DNA of 64,000 nt from Mayamaea pseudoterrestris (lineage: Eukaryota), in contig BROI01000001.1 in NCBI GenBank assembly GCA_027923505.1, positions 434,001-498,000 of the forward strand, given 5' to 3'. Shown here in pieces: positions 34,299 to 47,090 of the stretch. The notes under the pieces were generated by a model that searched no databases, was not told where the DNA came from, and saw nothing but the letters and a program-made list of their open reading frames with translations. Position 1 is the stretch's first letter; every line of letters starts with the position of its first letter. The translations under genes were made by a program, and so were the position numbers.

Positions 34299-37200
34299 AT
34301 GAGCAGCGAGTCGTCGCCGCCGAGCAACCTTGACGACAACGGCGCACCTACTCCTTCCATCACGGGCGAATCCGTCGCGTCGGGACTAGTCATTATGGAT
34401 GATGACGACGGCGACGACGAGGATGATGAAACGACGGTTGCCACCAATCTGAATGACGTCTCCATGGATGAATCAATGGCAATCAATGATGGCGATGAGC
34501 AGGATGCGCATGGAACTGGAGACGCAGAAGACGAAGATGCCGTTGAGAATTCACAGTCAATCAACATTGACGACGACGATGGTGGATCGGATGTCGAGGA
34601 GGAAGTGCAATCTGACTCTGACTACGAGGAGGAGTCGATTCACGAGGATGACGACGATGACGACGAAGAGGAAGTCATTGAGGAGTTGGAAGACGACGAT
34701 TGCACCTACGAGGAAGTCTTGGTCGATGAAGCGAGTGCACCCGGTGATGGTGGATCAGTTGTCATTGTCGAGCAAGTAGTCGAGGAAACGCCTGCTGGCG
34801 ATGTTGTCGTTCTGGATGAACATGTTGTCGACGCAGACCCAAACATTGCGGCGAACGATGATGGAGTACCTGCAGTCGAAGAGCAAGTGCTGGCGGATGT
34901 GCCGACGTTTGTTGCTGGTGCAGCCGACAAACCCATAACCTACGAATTTACTGAGCAAGTAGAGACGGATGATCAAGCTGCGCCGGTGGATATCATGCAG
35001 ACGGTTGAAGAAGGAGGTCAACTTTTTGAGAATGAAAATGATTATGAATCACCTTCTGCGTCTTTATTGGAGACAACGAATGAAATCCAGACGGACGAAG
35101 AGCCTTCACGTGACGCTACGACCGAGGAAGACAATGCTATTTCTACGCAACAAGAGTATACTGAACGGACTGCGCCAGAAACGGATGAGACTGTACCAAT
35201 TGTTTCTACTATTAGTGTTAACGACCAAGAAACATTGCTTCGAGATGCTGCTCAAGATGACGTTGGAAGCGATGGAGCCGAACATCTGAACGATGAGACT
35301 AGAAACGATGTAGCCGACGAGAAGCCTAGCTTGTTCGACACAATTACAGCGCCACTCGTTGCTGCTGCCATTCAAATGTTTCCTGAAAGCATGACTGGAG
35401 ACCATGATGAAGCAGCAACAAACGCGGATCAACAGATGATGTCAGATAATGATTTGTTGAACGCTGTAGCAACATCGGGCGCAGTGGGTGGAGGAGAAAT
35501 TAACCCATTGAGTAATGCTATATCGCTCGAGCCCGAGCTTACTACGGCCGATGTAACGTTGGAGAGCAGCACCGACGAGTATAGCCAACCATCAGTGGCC
35601 GAGAACTTTGGAAATGAACAGCCTAGTGAGCACCAAGTCAGCGACGAAGCAGACGCAAACAATTCTTTGCAAAATGATGAACAAGATACGGGCACAAAGG
35701 AAAGGTCGGCGGAAAGCGCTGGCGCGCCAGTCACTGAGCAGGCAACGGATTATCCTCTTGCTGATCAACAACCTCCGGAGAATGACGATGACCCGCTTCA
35801 AAAGGCCGCAGCGCTGGCGGCTGCGGCGATTCGTTCACCGGTGAATAGATCCGAACCAGTGAATACACTGATGGATAATGAACCCGAGCAGCATCATTTA
35901 ACTACAGCCGTTTCTGATGAATCGTCGTTTGTTGACGCCAAGCAGGAGCTCGATGATGAGGCATCAGACAACCTATTTAGAGATGAACCCGTGTCCGGAG
36001 CGACTTCATACCACGAAGGATCTCATGCTCCAGGTAATGCCCCAGATCAAGCAGCAGCAGGAGCACCAGGAGCTTTTATGCCAACTCACGGTGGGGCGAA
36101 TTTTGGCTCCGTGGACAAGAATTACGAAGATTTCGAGAGGCACAAAGAAAACGATGACAGCAATGCTGCACCGTTTTTAGTTCCAGCTGCAGCCGCAGCA
36201 GCTGTTGGTTCTAACGCTTTTGATGACGAGATACCACCTGAACCTCTAGCGACGGATCCCTTTGGTGTCGAGACTGAGTTTATGGAAGCTTCCGAAATCG
36301 GCGAACCTGAGGCTCAGCAGAACAGCGCACAAAATTTCGAGAACAACCCAGAATTGAATGGCGAGGAACACTTGTTACAGGACGACGACGCTAATTTTGA
36401 CGATCAAGTATACGAAGACCATGACGAAGAAACAGTAGAGGAAGAAGCAACTGAAAGAGACAGCGAAAACGATCTGGTGGATGAGAATCAATCTGTTGAA
36501 ATGGCTGCGGCCGTTGGAAATAAGGAGCAGCGGAATGAATTTCAAGAATCTGATGAAGATCTGGAGCGCGGGCGAGAGGAAAGTTTCGGCGAGTCAACTG
36601 ATAAAGAAAGGCGCAAGAGGCCATACCTCGTTGATATATTGTTGGTGTTGGGCATTGTTCTCGTAATATGTGTCCTTGCAATTGCTCTGCCATTTGTTTT
36701 ACGGAGGAACAGGGATGATACCCAGCCGCAGCAACCCATTACCAATGTAAGATGATTCTCTTTCTCTTTGTGTTTAATTTATCAGCTACAAAATTCACAC
36801 TCCGCATTCCTCTTTTAGCCGCCGACACAGTTTCCCACCACTGCGCCAACAATGACTAAAGTTCCGTTTACACTGGTCGGGGGCCCGTTTAATCCTCAGG
36901 TGGCGACGGCGGGCTTTGGCTATGCTGCTTCGCTTGATAATGACGTTGCGGTGATAGGTGCACCGGGACAAAGTGACGAGGCAGGATCAGTTACAACATA
37001 TCTCGATACGGTGCAGAACGAGGTAGTTACGGGCTCCCAGGCTGGTCAACTCTTTGGATATTCTGTAGATGGAAAAGATGACTTCATGGTGGTTGGCGCT
37101 CCCGGCACTTTTGCGGAGGGTAGCGATTTTGCAGCCGTTGGAGCGGCTGTTTTCTACGAACTTGATCGAGGATCAAACAACTGGTCACAACTTGGATCCA

Positions 37201-39212
37201 TTATTCGTGGAGGTACCGACATTGACTCATTTAGCGAAATGTTTGGGGCATCAGTTGCGACGAGCGGTCAAGATCTTGTTGTTGCGGTTGGAGCACCGAA
37301 GCGAAAGTCTGGTAGTGGCGGCGTTTACTCTTTCCGCTATCAACCAGTCGGCTCTTCTGGTGAGTCTGATTGGGTTAACATGACCGCAACTCCGCTTATT
37401 GTCGAAGATTCGCCTGAAGGTGGACAGTTTGGTACGGCTGTTGCTATTACATCCGATGGAAGCCGGATTGCTGCTGGTGCGCCGGAGTGGGGTGGCGGCC
37501 GAGGGTATGTCACAGTGTACGAATGGGACGAAACCACGGCAGAATGGTCGCCGGCTTTCGAGACTTCCGGTGAGACTCCTGGAGGGAAATATGGATCGTC
37601 GGTAGCATTTCTCGGCGTGGACACATTTGCTGTCGGTGAGCCAGGGGCTATTTCGGGAAAAGGCAGAGTGAAGGTATATCAAAAGCTTCAGGGTCAAAAT
37701 ACCTTCGAACAGCTTGGTGGAGCCATTGAAGGGTCTGCCGATGGCGATGCCTTCGGTCGAACGGGTACAATTAGTGGCAAAGCTGATGAAAATGGAGACG
37801 TAGCACTATTGGTGGCTTCTGCGGAAGGGACTGTCGATCGATTCGACTATGATGGAACTGATTGGATAAAGCCGTACACGACTGTTTCTGATTTAGGTGG
37901 CGCTGTAACATCCGTGGCGATGGGTGGATTAGGAGACAATTTTACTGTTGGTATTGCTAGCAAAAACACTGCCTCGTTTTACAGCACCAGCAGTGTTGGG
38001 CCTTCCGTTCCTTCTGACGAACCTGTCATGAGCCCAACAATGGCGCCATCACTCAGTACAACCTCGCCAGTTGCTTCGAGTACACCGACGCTCATGCCCT
38101 CAGCATATACAACTGACGCACAATGGGAGTTGGTGGCATATTTTACTGGCGAAAGCCGACTTGGTAGCTCTGTCGCTATTGCGTCAAACACGATGGCTAG
38201 TGGAGACAGGACAAGCGCGTCGGTTGCAACCTATAGATTAACAGACGATACATGGTCTCCTGCAGGCAACGTTACTGTCAGCGACGTTGACAGCGGGTTT
38301 GGAACATCGATTGCTTTCAGTGAAGGAGCATCGATGATGATTGTGGGTGCTCCTAGAACCTTCGCCGTTGGGAGCACCGCTGTAACGACAGGGGCAATGT
38401 ATGTGTACACAACAGCTTCTGGTAACTGGGTACAGGCGGAGGAACTTCGTGGAGCAGAAGGAATATATTCGGCTGCTGAGAATATGGGCGCATCTGTCGC
38501 AGTTGACTCCGGTGGCACAATTCTCATCAGCGGGGCGCCGTTTAATGGAGAGGACGGCGTGACAAACCGAGGGCGGGTATACTCTTTTCTCTCGCAAGGA
38601 GATTCGTTCACCGCCGTGGATGATTCTACTTTACTGGGGACATCAAGTTCAGATTATTTTGGGTCCGCTGTTGCGATATCGGACGATGCATCAACATTAA
38701 TCGTTGGTGCTCCCGGCGGAGAGTCGGGCAAGGGTTACGTCGCGGTCTACTCGTTCGATGGGAGCTCATGGGGATCTCCTGTATCCACACTCATTGGTTC
38801 AACTTCCGGTGAGCTACTAGGTACATCAGTCGCTGTGCTCGCAGCCGACGGAAGCGTGTTTGCGGCAGGCGCAGCAAATTATAACGGTGTCGGAGCCGTA
38901 CGAGTCTTTGAGCGGCAAGGAGATGGCTCTTTCGCACAGCTCGGCGACGCTATAGAAGGAGCTACCAATGCGGCGGTTGGTGGTGTTGACACAATATCCG
39001 GGAGCGTGGATAATGGGGTACCAACGCTGTTGGTAGCATCGTCAGACGGTGTAATTTCTACCTACAAATTCATGTCCGACGCGTGGGTAGAAGAGCTAGA
39101 TTCCATCTTGACGGGATTACAAGGAAGCCCAGCTCTTCGAGGGTCGACTGCTTTAGGAAGCTTCGTGGCTGGAAATGCCAACGAGCTTGTGGTTTACTCG
39201 CTTGGCCAATAG
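34299..39212 (+). CDS. Large type II membrane protein: acidic disordered N-terminus, TM helix, two FG-GAP (integrin-alpha-like) propeller regions; 2 exons
   Basis: Intron 36747-36818 joins the 818-aa and 786-aa ORFs in frame. RRKR precedes the TM helix; repeated FG.SVA...VGAP motifs; P/S/T linker between propellers. Confidence 0.85.
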
Positions 39213-39339
39213 CAATAAAGCTTGCTGCTAGTTATGTATCATTTATTCTCGCAGCTATTATGAGTAGCTATGAAAGCAAATGCTTATCGGTAGAGACGGA
39301 TTGTGGTAAGCAAAACTGGAAATACTGATGCTAGAAAAG

Positions 39340-41065
39340 TTATTCCATGCCTGCCGCCTCCGACTGCGCTGCTGCCTTGCCCATTTGCTTTCCGGCGCGC
39401 ATGACTTCGTCAACAAGTAACAGCTGATTCGCCAAGACTGTACTGAGATGCAACGATTGTCGCTTAACGCGCACATTGTCCCAAACACCTTCCTCCGCCG
39501 GCAGCATGGGTTCTCCTGTTGCACAATTGATTCCTACAGGCATTCCAGAGGATTCTCGTTCCTCCTTTAATTGCAAAAGAGTCTCTTGCACGTCGAACCC
39601 AGAATTAGCAATAAGCGTCTTGGGAACGATCAAGAGCGCTTCCGCAAAAGCCTGCATGCCCAATTTGACTTTACCACTCGTTTTCGGAACGCAATTGTTC
39701 GTCAAGTGCAATGATGCTGCAATTTCAAATGCTCCGGCGCCAGGTACAATTGCCTTGTCTTCAACAACATTCTTGACGGCCCGAAGACCATCCTTGACAG
39801 CATCCTTCACCTGGTCTACCGTGAGCTGGTTGGGTCCTTGGAGCAGCAACGTGCACGCTTGCGCATTCGCTCCGCAATCCTCAACAAAAGTATACTTGTC
39901 TTCACCATACGTCACTTCCGTCACCTTGCCAGCAAAACCCAAGTGTTCCTTGTCCAAATCGCTTACACTGAGCACAATCTTGCCTCCACAAGCCAGAGTC
40001 AGTCGCTCCATGTTGCGACGCTTGGCCCGTCGCAAGCACAAAATTCCCTCCTTGGCAAAAATATCAAGCGACAATGGATCGACTCCCTTTTGGTTGATAA
40101 TACAAAAGGACGCCTTGTCATGTTCACTACAAACGCTTCGTTTGAGTTCAATAATCTTTTGGCAACGCTCATCCAACCACTTGCGCTCCGACTCGACCAG
40201 CTTCTCTCGCTCCTGCGCCGACGAGTAAACAAAACCAGCCTGCGTTTCCGTTTGCTCATACTCCAAGCTCAAATTGCAAGTCAAAATGTAAACATTATGC
40301 AGTAAATTGGGCATGTCTGGGTGACGGGCGCCATGGTCCAATACAATGCCGCGAACAAACCGCGAATCCATCGACGACTGTCGCTGCAACGTGAGTATTT
40401 CGACGCGGTTCAAGTCGAGGGGAGCGTCAGCCGTGTAAATGGTTTGAATGGCATCAACGACGGCGTGTGACATCTGTATGAAAAAAGTAAACGGAACTAC
40501 GAAGATGAGCTTATAAATGAAGGAAGGAACAAGAGAGACATGATTCACTTTGACTTACATGTTTGACGAGCGCCGCATCCAGTTTCGTCTGCAAGCTCGA
40601 TCTGGCGACATTGACCAGCATTTCTCGCTGCTCAATAGGGTCATCTACAGTCACGGCCATTTCCTGAAGAAACTTTAAGCATTCATCACGCGCCTGATCC
40701 AATCCATCCGTGACAATGCGAGGATGCAACCCTTCGCTAACCATGCGCTCACTCTGTCGCAGCAACTCTCCAACCAGCAAGACTGTACTCGTCGTGCCGT
40801 CTCCAGTAATGGAGTCTTGCGCAGTCGCCGTTCGCGCAATCAAGGAGGCGGTTGGATGCTGAATCTGCATTTCCTTGAGCAGCGTGACGCCATCCTTGGT
40901 AAGTTTCAATTGACCGGCACCGCCCACCAAAAGCTTCAAGGTTCCGGTTGGACCTAAATTGGAAGCCAAGACTTGCTGGAGACCGACGGCGGCGGAAACA
41001 TTGACGCGAAGGGCGACTTGCTTGGAAACAATTTCGGCATTGGGGTTGACTTGCTGGACTGACAT
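39340..41065 (-). CDS. CCT6: T-complex protein 1 subunit zeta; 2 exons
   Basis: [54 protein letters not shown]; intron 40474-40558. Confidence 0.97.
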
Positions 41066-41627
41066 GATTCTTGCTTAGCTTTAGAAACAGAATCCAATGT
41101 CTCAGTCAAGAATGTCGCAATCGATTAGAGAATAACAGGGGATGACGACGTTACAAAGAGCAGGATCAGAGGGCCCGACGAGAATGCTTTTGCAAGTCGC
41201 GAGCGAGAAGGAAATGAACGGTGCTCATGGTGGCCGAAAGCGCGAGCCTCATTCTTCTTGTCGCACTGGTTTGATTGACTGATGGTGCGACGCAAACTAT
41301 CTTTCGCGATGACCGACATCGCCATGGCTATGGATGCAGGAGGCAAGTTTGATGCACGCCTTGGCAAAAAAAGCAAATAGACGTGTAATAGTGAAGCTTA
41401 AGATCACATTAAGACAAATTCACAAACACTTTGTCAGACCTTTCCAATGCATGAAACCAGATGCGTAAACCGCGGCTGTAAGCATTTCTACGGTACCTTA
41501 CAACAGTATTAGTTATATTATACTGGTACAATCTATACAAGCATCCACCTTTCGTCTTGTTCAAAAAGACAATTTGAGTGGTGCTTTATCAATGTTTGAA
41601 AATCTTTCTTGCCAGTCGTCGTGTGCA

Positions 41628-42689
41628 TTATACAATATCATGCTTGCGCGGCTGCTTGCAGAAGCGTCCTTGCTTCAAAATATTCTTGTCGCTGTTTTCG
41701 CTAGAGTTGCTGCTGCTGCAGTACACGGCTGGTGGAGCTTGCTCGTTTGCACGAATCTTGGCTAGAGTAATGGTCTTGACTTTACGGCCGCCGCCGCCGT
41801 GTTGCTGCTGCTGCTGCAACTCCTTGGCTCCAAACAAATCCTTCTTGAGGCGCTCCCTGCCACTACTACTTGCTTCGAGACGACCATAGTTCTTGCTCGT
41901 CACCAACTCATCCAATTGCCGTTGCTCCGACTGTAGTGCATGCAAAATTTGTTGAATGTCGTCGCGCTCATTCAAAATGTAATTTTTGAACAGTGGCATG
42001 GGCGGCGTCTTTTGAAAGAGACCAGCCAGTTTGGTTGTTTCGTAGTACACGGTAGACGTCATGGTGTCATCGGCAGTGCTATTGTTGAGACTGTTCGCTT
42101 CGGAAACCACCGTGCAAGTACTTTCCGTCGTTCCATCCTTGTTGGTAGCGTCGGAAGCAGCATGGTCGGTCTCGTCGCTATCCTTGATTGGCGATGCAAA
42201 GCATAGCGTGTGCGCAATGACCGGATGACTCGACAAGAATCGTGAAAGGGGATTGGGCAGCGTCGATGATGATGATGCAGGCACTTGTTGAAACTTGTCG
42301 GGAAGCTTCTTGGTGCGAAAAATATCGTCGCGCGAACACGATCGTTTGCGCTTGTGAGCGAAACCATGCCGATGCTGCTTGTGATGGTGGTGGTGTTTGT
42401 TGGTTTTAGATACTACTGGCTCCGTTATCGAGTTTGAATGGTTGCTTGGCGAATCATTCTTGGTATCAAGTTGCGGCTCGTGTGAAAAGAGAGCGTCCCA
42501 TTGCTTGTCGCGAAGACCGAGACTCATGGTCCGCTTGTGAGGAGTTGCTGGATGACGCTGCTGCTGCTGCTGCTGCTGCTCCATCAACATATCCTGCGTC
42601 ATGCCCAACGACTCCAAGTCGTGTAAATCATGGTGACCCATGGGCGCCGAGCCGAAACACCGGCAGAGTGATTCCATGACGGATTGCAT
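41628..42689 (-). CDS. Hypothetical low-complexity protein
   Basis: 353-aa ATG ORF with poly-Q/H tracts; N-terminal LCRCFG could be a lipidation site. Confidence 0.7.
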   Translation of the reverse strand: MQSVMESLCRCFGSAPMGHHDLHDLESLGMTQDMLMEQQQQQQQRHPATPHKRTMSLGLRDKQWDALFSHEPQLDTKNDSPSNHSNSITEPVVSKTNKHHHHHKQHRHGFAHKRKRSCSRDDIFRTKKLPDKFQQVPASSSSTLPNPLSRFLSSHPVIAHTLCFASPIKDSDETDHAASDATNKDGTTESTCTVVSEANSLNNSTADDTMTSTVYYETTKLAGLFQKTPPMPLFKNYILNERDDIQQILHALQSEQRQLDELVTSKNYGRLEASSSGRERLKKDLFGAKELQQQQQHGGGGRKVKTITLAKIRANEQAPPAVYCSSSNSSENSDKNILKQGRFCKQPRKHDIV

Positions 42690-43538
42690 GCTTGCTTCGA
42701 GTCGTCTGGTTGATGAATGTCAATGTCAGAGTCTTTTAGGATTTTTGAAACTGCCAAAGCAACAAGATGGCAGCTGATAAGGTTCGTTGAACGTCAAGTA
42801 GAGCCTGCACAAAGACTATAAGAACTGAAACACACTGGTCCACGCGCCTCTATATATCCGATACTGGCGTTGCGGCACTCTCTGCAGCGAAGAAAAAACG
42901 GCAGGCGCAAGTGGCGGTACGCGAGACTCGAAAAAACAACGCACGTCAAGCTTCGCAACCCTGCGACTAGCAGTATGTCTTGTAGTAAAGGAACTAAAGG
43001 GTGCGAGATGGGCGTCTAGAGTCGTCAATGCAACTAAATGAATGACTGCCGAGACGATGGATCTTTTCGCTCGTCGACTATTTTTGTCACCCGTCACCGC
43101 TCCTACCTCGTCCAATAAAACCAAGCTCTTTTCTCGACTTCTTCACCTCTTCGCCCAGCTCACTCGTCAATGCTTGTAGCCTTCACTGTTGTGCAATGAA
43201 ATGAGTGGTTCGTTGATTCCCCTATAAACTATTGCACAGCACGTTCTGTGTCGCCATGTTTGGTGCATCGAAATTGTGAGGCTCGTGAGACTGCGTTGTT
43301 GAACGGACGTGTCGCGCGGGCCGAGTTGCAAATTTTGTCGAGACGATTTGATTGGCGCGTCGACTAGCACGGCAGGCGCGTTCGATGGCGCGGCAGTGTG
43401 AGTAACGGAGCGACTTGGAATGCGACCCGCGCTTTTGGTGCATCGGAGGACGAGGCGAACACACAAATAAATTGCCATCGTCCGACGATCCTCGCTGCAA
43501 CCTTTTTTGTATTGCTTACTAATCCCAAACAACTCGTC

Positions 43539-44528
43539 ATGGCGCTCGTCAACGTTGTCAATATGGTAAGCGAATATTTGCGTCAATTTTATGGACGAAA
43601 TTGTCGAAACTGTGGATTGGTTTGGATCGTCCTGTCATTGGAGTCTGCTTCTGCCATGGCTTGCCGCTGCTGCGTGGAAACGCTCTCGTCTCATGCTCAT
43701 TTCTTTTGCGACAGGACGTCCTCGACAATCCGACATGCTTTCTTAATCCATTTCAATTTGAGATTACCTTTGAATGCCTGCAGGAGCTGGAGGATGGTAC
43801 GTGTGTGAGAGAGATAGCGTGTGGCCGAGTCGAAGTTGTCTGCCTTCGTTGAATGAATCGAAGGTCAGCACGTTAGATGAATCTCTCATCTCTCACGACA
43901 TGCCTTAATCTGAAACTCAGACCTCGAATGGAAGGTTCTCTACGTCGGATCAGCCCATGATTCATCGCGCGACCAAGTCTTGGACGAGATTCTTGTCGGC
44001 CCCGTTCCAGTCGGTGTCAACAAGTTTGTCCTGCAGGCTGACGCACCCGATCCGTCCAAGCTTCCGCCGGATGAAATCGTTGGAGTCACTGTCGTCTTGG
44101 TGACGTGCTCGTATCAGGAACGAGAGTTTGTGCGCATTGGATACTATGTCAATAACGAATATACCTTGCAGCCAGAGCAGCCATTGGGAGAGGGCGAGGA
44201 ACCAAGTCCGCCTCCATCTTGGCCGCAGTTGGACTTGCAGCATGTTCAACGACACATTTTAGCCGACAAGCCGCGAGTTACCAAGTTTCCTATTCCTTGG
44301 GGAAGTGCAAATGCAATGGTTGGGGGTGACGACGGCAATACTGCTGGCAATATGCAGAGCGATACGATGAATTACGGCGAGGAGGATGACGACGACGACG
44401 TTTTGAACAGTAGTATGAACGACACTAGCATGGAAATTGGTGAGGAGGGCAAAATGCCAGGCACTCCAAGTACGGTTGAGGAGTCTCCAGGCTCGGTCGA
44501 CCGGAGCATGGAGTTAGAAATGAACTGA
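43539..44528 (+). CDS. ASF1: Histone H3-H4 chaperone ASF1; 3 exons
   Basis: [15 protein letters not shown]...FEITFECL...|[12 protein letters not shown]...VGPVPVG...[13 protein letters not shown]; introns 43566-43714 and 43797-43920. Confidence 0.97.
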
Positions 44529-44684
44529 TCGCGAGCGATGACATATTGTTTGTCAATTGCAAATACGAATACCAAGATGGTGCAGCGTACTTTTGATGGT
44601 TAGCGATCAATACCGGCAGGAAAAGGATAGAGACAGCAATTGGAAACAGTCAATGTTCAATTAAACGAATTAACAAACTACGCT

Positions 44685-45447
44685 TTACTTTGTCAAACTC
44701 ATAATTGCATTCACCAGATCCGCTCCATTCTCCTTCAAAGCTTTGACAGCCGCCGCCTTGGAGCAGCTAGCCTGGCTCATGACAAGCTCAATATCCTTAG
44801 CTTCCAATCCAGCATCATCAACGCCTTCCTCGTCCTCGCCACCTGTCACTGCCGCCACATCCGGCACACCCGCGCTCTGCGCTTGCTGCTGCACTTGCAT
44901 ATGCGCCTGCTGAGCAGCACGTAGCTGATGAGCCGCCTGCATTTGCTGGATCTGCGAAGGATCCTCCGACTTGGCCTCTCCAAAGACAATAAAGGTATCG
45001 CTATTGGGCGACTTGAATACATCAGGATTCTGAATGACAAAGAGAACATTCTTGGACTTTTTGACAGTCACACGCAACACTCCTGGGACCGGGCGCATAC
45101 CGAGCTTGAGCATGGCCTTGCGAGACTTCTTCTCGTTACGGTTCTGCGTCTTGTCATCGTCCGGACTGCCGTCCAGCTGGGGAATGGCATCGTCTTCAAC
45201 ATCGCCTTGCTCCTCCAACTCGGGAATGTCATCATCCGAGTCATCGATTTCTTCAATCTGAACAGGAATTGAATGCAAAATAGAGTTAGAAAGATCAAGT
45301 GCACTGTGATTCAATGAGCGTCACGCTGTCGCATCCAACAAAGGTGCTGCAGCCGCTGCTGCTTCTTTCGATAGATGTTCTCGCAGCACAAATTCACTCT
45401 CATCACTCAACGACGGTCAGTTACATGACAATACTTACTTCCGGCAT
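44685..45447 (-). CDS. NACA: Nascent polypeptide-associated complex subunit alpha; 2 exons (first coding exon 9 nt)
   Basis: RNEKKSRKAMLKLG, FVIQNPDVFK, FGEAK, UBA motif DIELVMSQA...IMSLT; MPE|IEEI across intron 45258-45438. Confidence 0.95.
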
Positions 45448-45893
45448 GTTATGGGTAAAGTATTCGAGTAATACAAGGCAGCAGCGAAAGACTTGTTCGT
45501 CTTGATTGTGGTGTATCGATCATGTCGCGACGGACTCGCGTTGATGGAACGAGCGGTTCTCGTGTGCCTGTCTGTCCTCGTTTCGATTTTGGCGCCAACC
45601 TGAGTACCGGTATGATAGCATCTCGTTTCCGTGTCGAATTTGCCATCGCCCCCGAGATCCATGGCGCATTGACGCTGCCATCCTGCCCATTTAGCCTGAA
45701 TCGTAGTTTGGTCACCATATATACTACTCGAAGCCATTCAAGAGTCATAATGAGCGACAGTTACCTTGTCGGAGGATTGAAGCGAGAGAAGCAGCCGCCG
45801 GTACGACGAGTATGAGTGAACATTGCGTTCGGATTCGGTTTGGCTCAAACGAAGCTTTCACTAATACAAGTACATTTGCCTCCTTTCATTCCA

Positions 45894-46832
45894 ATGCTTG
45901 TTAAGCTTTCATCAGCAGAAACTCCTCCTGTAATATTGATGCTTGCTCGCGAAGTCTTTTGCCGGCACGTCTTCCAGTACCTTCGTCGCGACGAAATCAA
46001 GAGTTGCTTGGATTCGGCACGTGGAAGCAAGACTCTACACGAGCATTTTAAACTGCAGGCTCAGTTCTGCAGCCACCATGGAACGAGACTTGAGTTTGAT
46101 GCAGAGGAGCCATTCTGTGTGGACGGTCGCATGGAGCTGCAAGGTCATTTTCGCTGCGACAAGTGTAACGATTTTTATCATGGATCGGAGCTTGGCCGTG
46201 GATATTGTGGACGAACGCTTTGCTCCGCATGCGGACCTGTCCTCACCTGTGAACGCTGCCAAATTGACCATCACATTGATTGCGTAGGGTGTCATCGCAT
46301 TGGGGCGTGTAGTAGCTGTCTTAAGAATACCTGCTCCGATTGTGCATGTGCGCCTACGTGTCAAGTTTGCACTAGAATCTGCTGCAACGACCATGGCCCG
46401 AGTCTGCGCCAATGCAATAAATGCGACATTTTTGTCTGTTCCGGGACGTCGTGCAGTAGTTATTGTTATTGGTGTTCACACACTTTTTGCACAACTACGA
46501 GCTGTTGTGGACTTGTCAAGTGCGGGGATTGCGGCAAAGAAGCTTGTGAAACCTGTCAGCAATGTTTAATTAAAGGTCCATGGATTTATGAGTGCGCCAA
46601 ATGCTTGCGCCGCTCTTGTGAAAACGTTGGCTGTTGTTACTTCAAAACCTGCGACTCGTGTGATAAACGTTACTGCTACCCCTACGACTACGACGACTGC
46701 AACTTTCTCGAGTTTTGCACGTGCAGGCACTCTGTATGCTGCAGCAAAATTGACTGCGCCGACGGCTGCAAAATTCATACTCGATGCAAAGATTGCATTA
46801 CCGTGTGCGCCAAGTGTCCGCACGGGGTATAA
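45894..46832 (+). CDS. Cys-rich protein with N-terminal F-box-like motif
   Basis: ILMLAREVFCRHVFQYL...I (F-box-like) followed by a long run of CxxC motifs. Confidence 0.7.
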   Translation: MLVKLSSAETPPVILMLAREVFCRHVFQYLRRDEIKSCLDSARGSKTLHEHFKLQAQFCSHHGTRLEFDAEEPFCVDGRMELQGHFRCDKCNDFYHGSELGRGYCGRTLCSACGPVLTCERCQIDHHIDCVGCHRIGACSSCLKNTCSDCACAPTCQVCTRICCNDHGPSLRQCNKCDIFVCSGTSCSSYCYWCSHTFCTTTSCCGLVKCGDCGKEACETCQQCLIKGPWIYECAKCLRRSCENVGCCYFKTCDSCDKRYCYPYDYDDCNFLEFCTCRHSVCCSKIDCADGCKIHTRCKDCITVCAKCPHGV

Positions 46833-47090
46833 CGTATCTAAGACGAGCAGTAGTCTGTCTATTGAACCACAGGCGGATCCTTTGGACCTCGCATACCGAT
46901 CAATAGCGTAATAATGCTTCATCTAATTATTGCATGGTTTACCCATCTACATTAGGTCAATCGCTACCCTTGCGGTGACATTTCTTAACAAGCTACGCAA
47001 AGGTTCTTGCATAATTTTAAAACCAGGATATCCGTAATCTCCAGTCCAGGTTGCTCTTTCGTATTGCTGCTACTCTATGCCATTTCATCT

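Noticed and set aside
39476..40228. 250-aa ORF antisense to CCT6 and similar overlapping ORFs throughout the window
   Set aside because: These are antisense or off-frame shadows of well-supported genes and carry no motifs.
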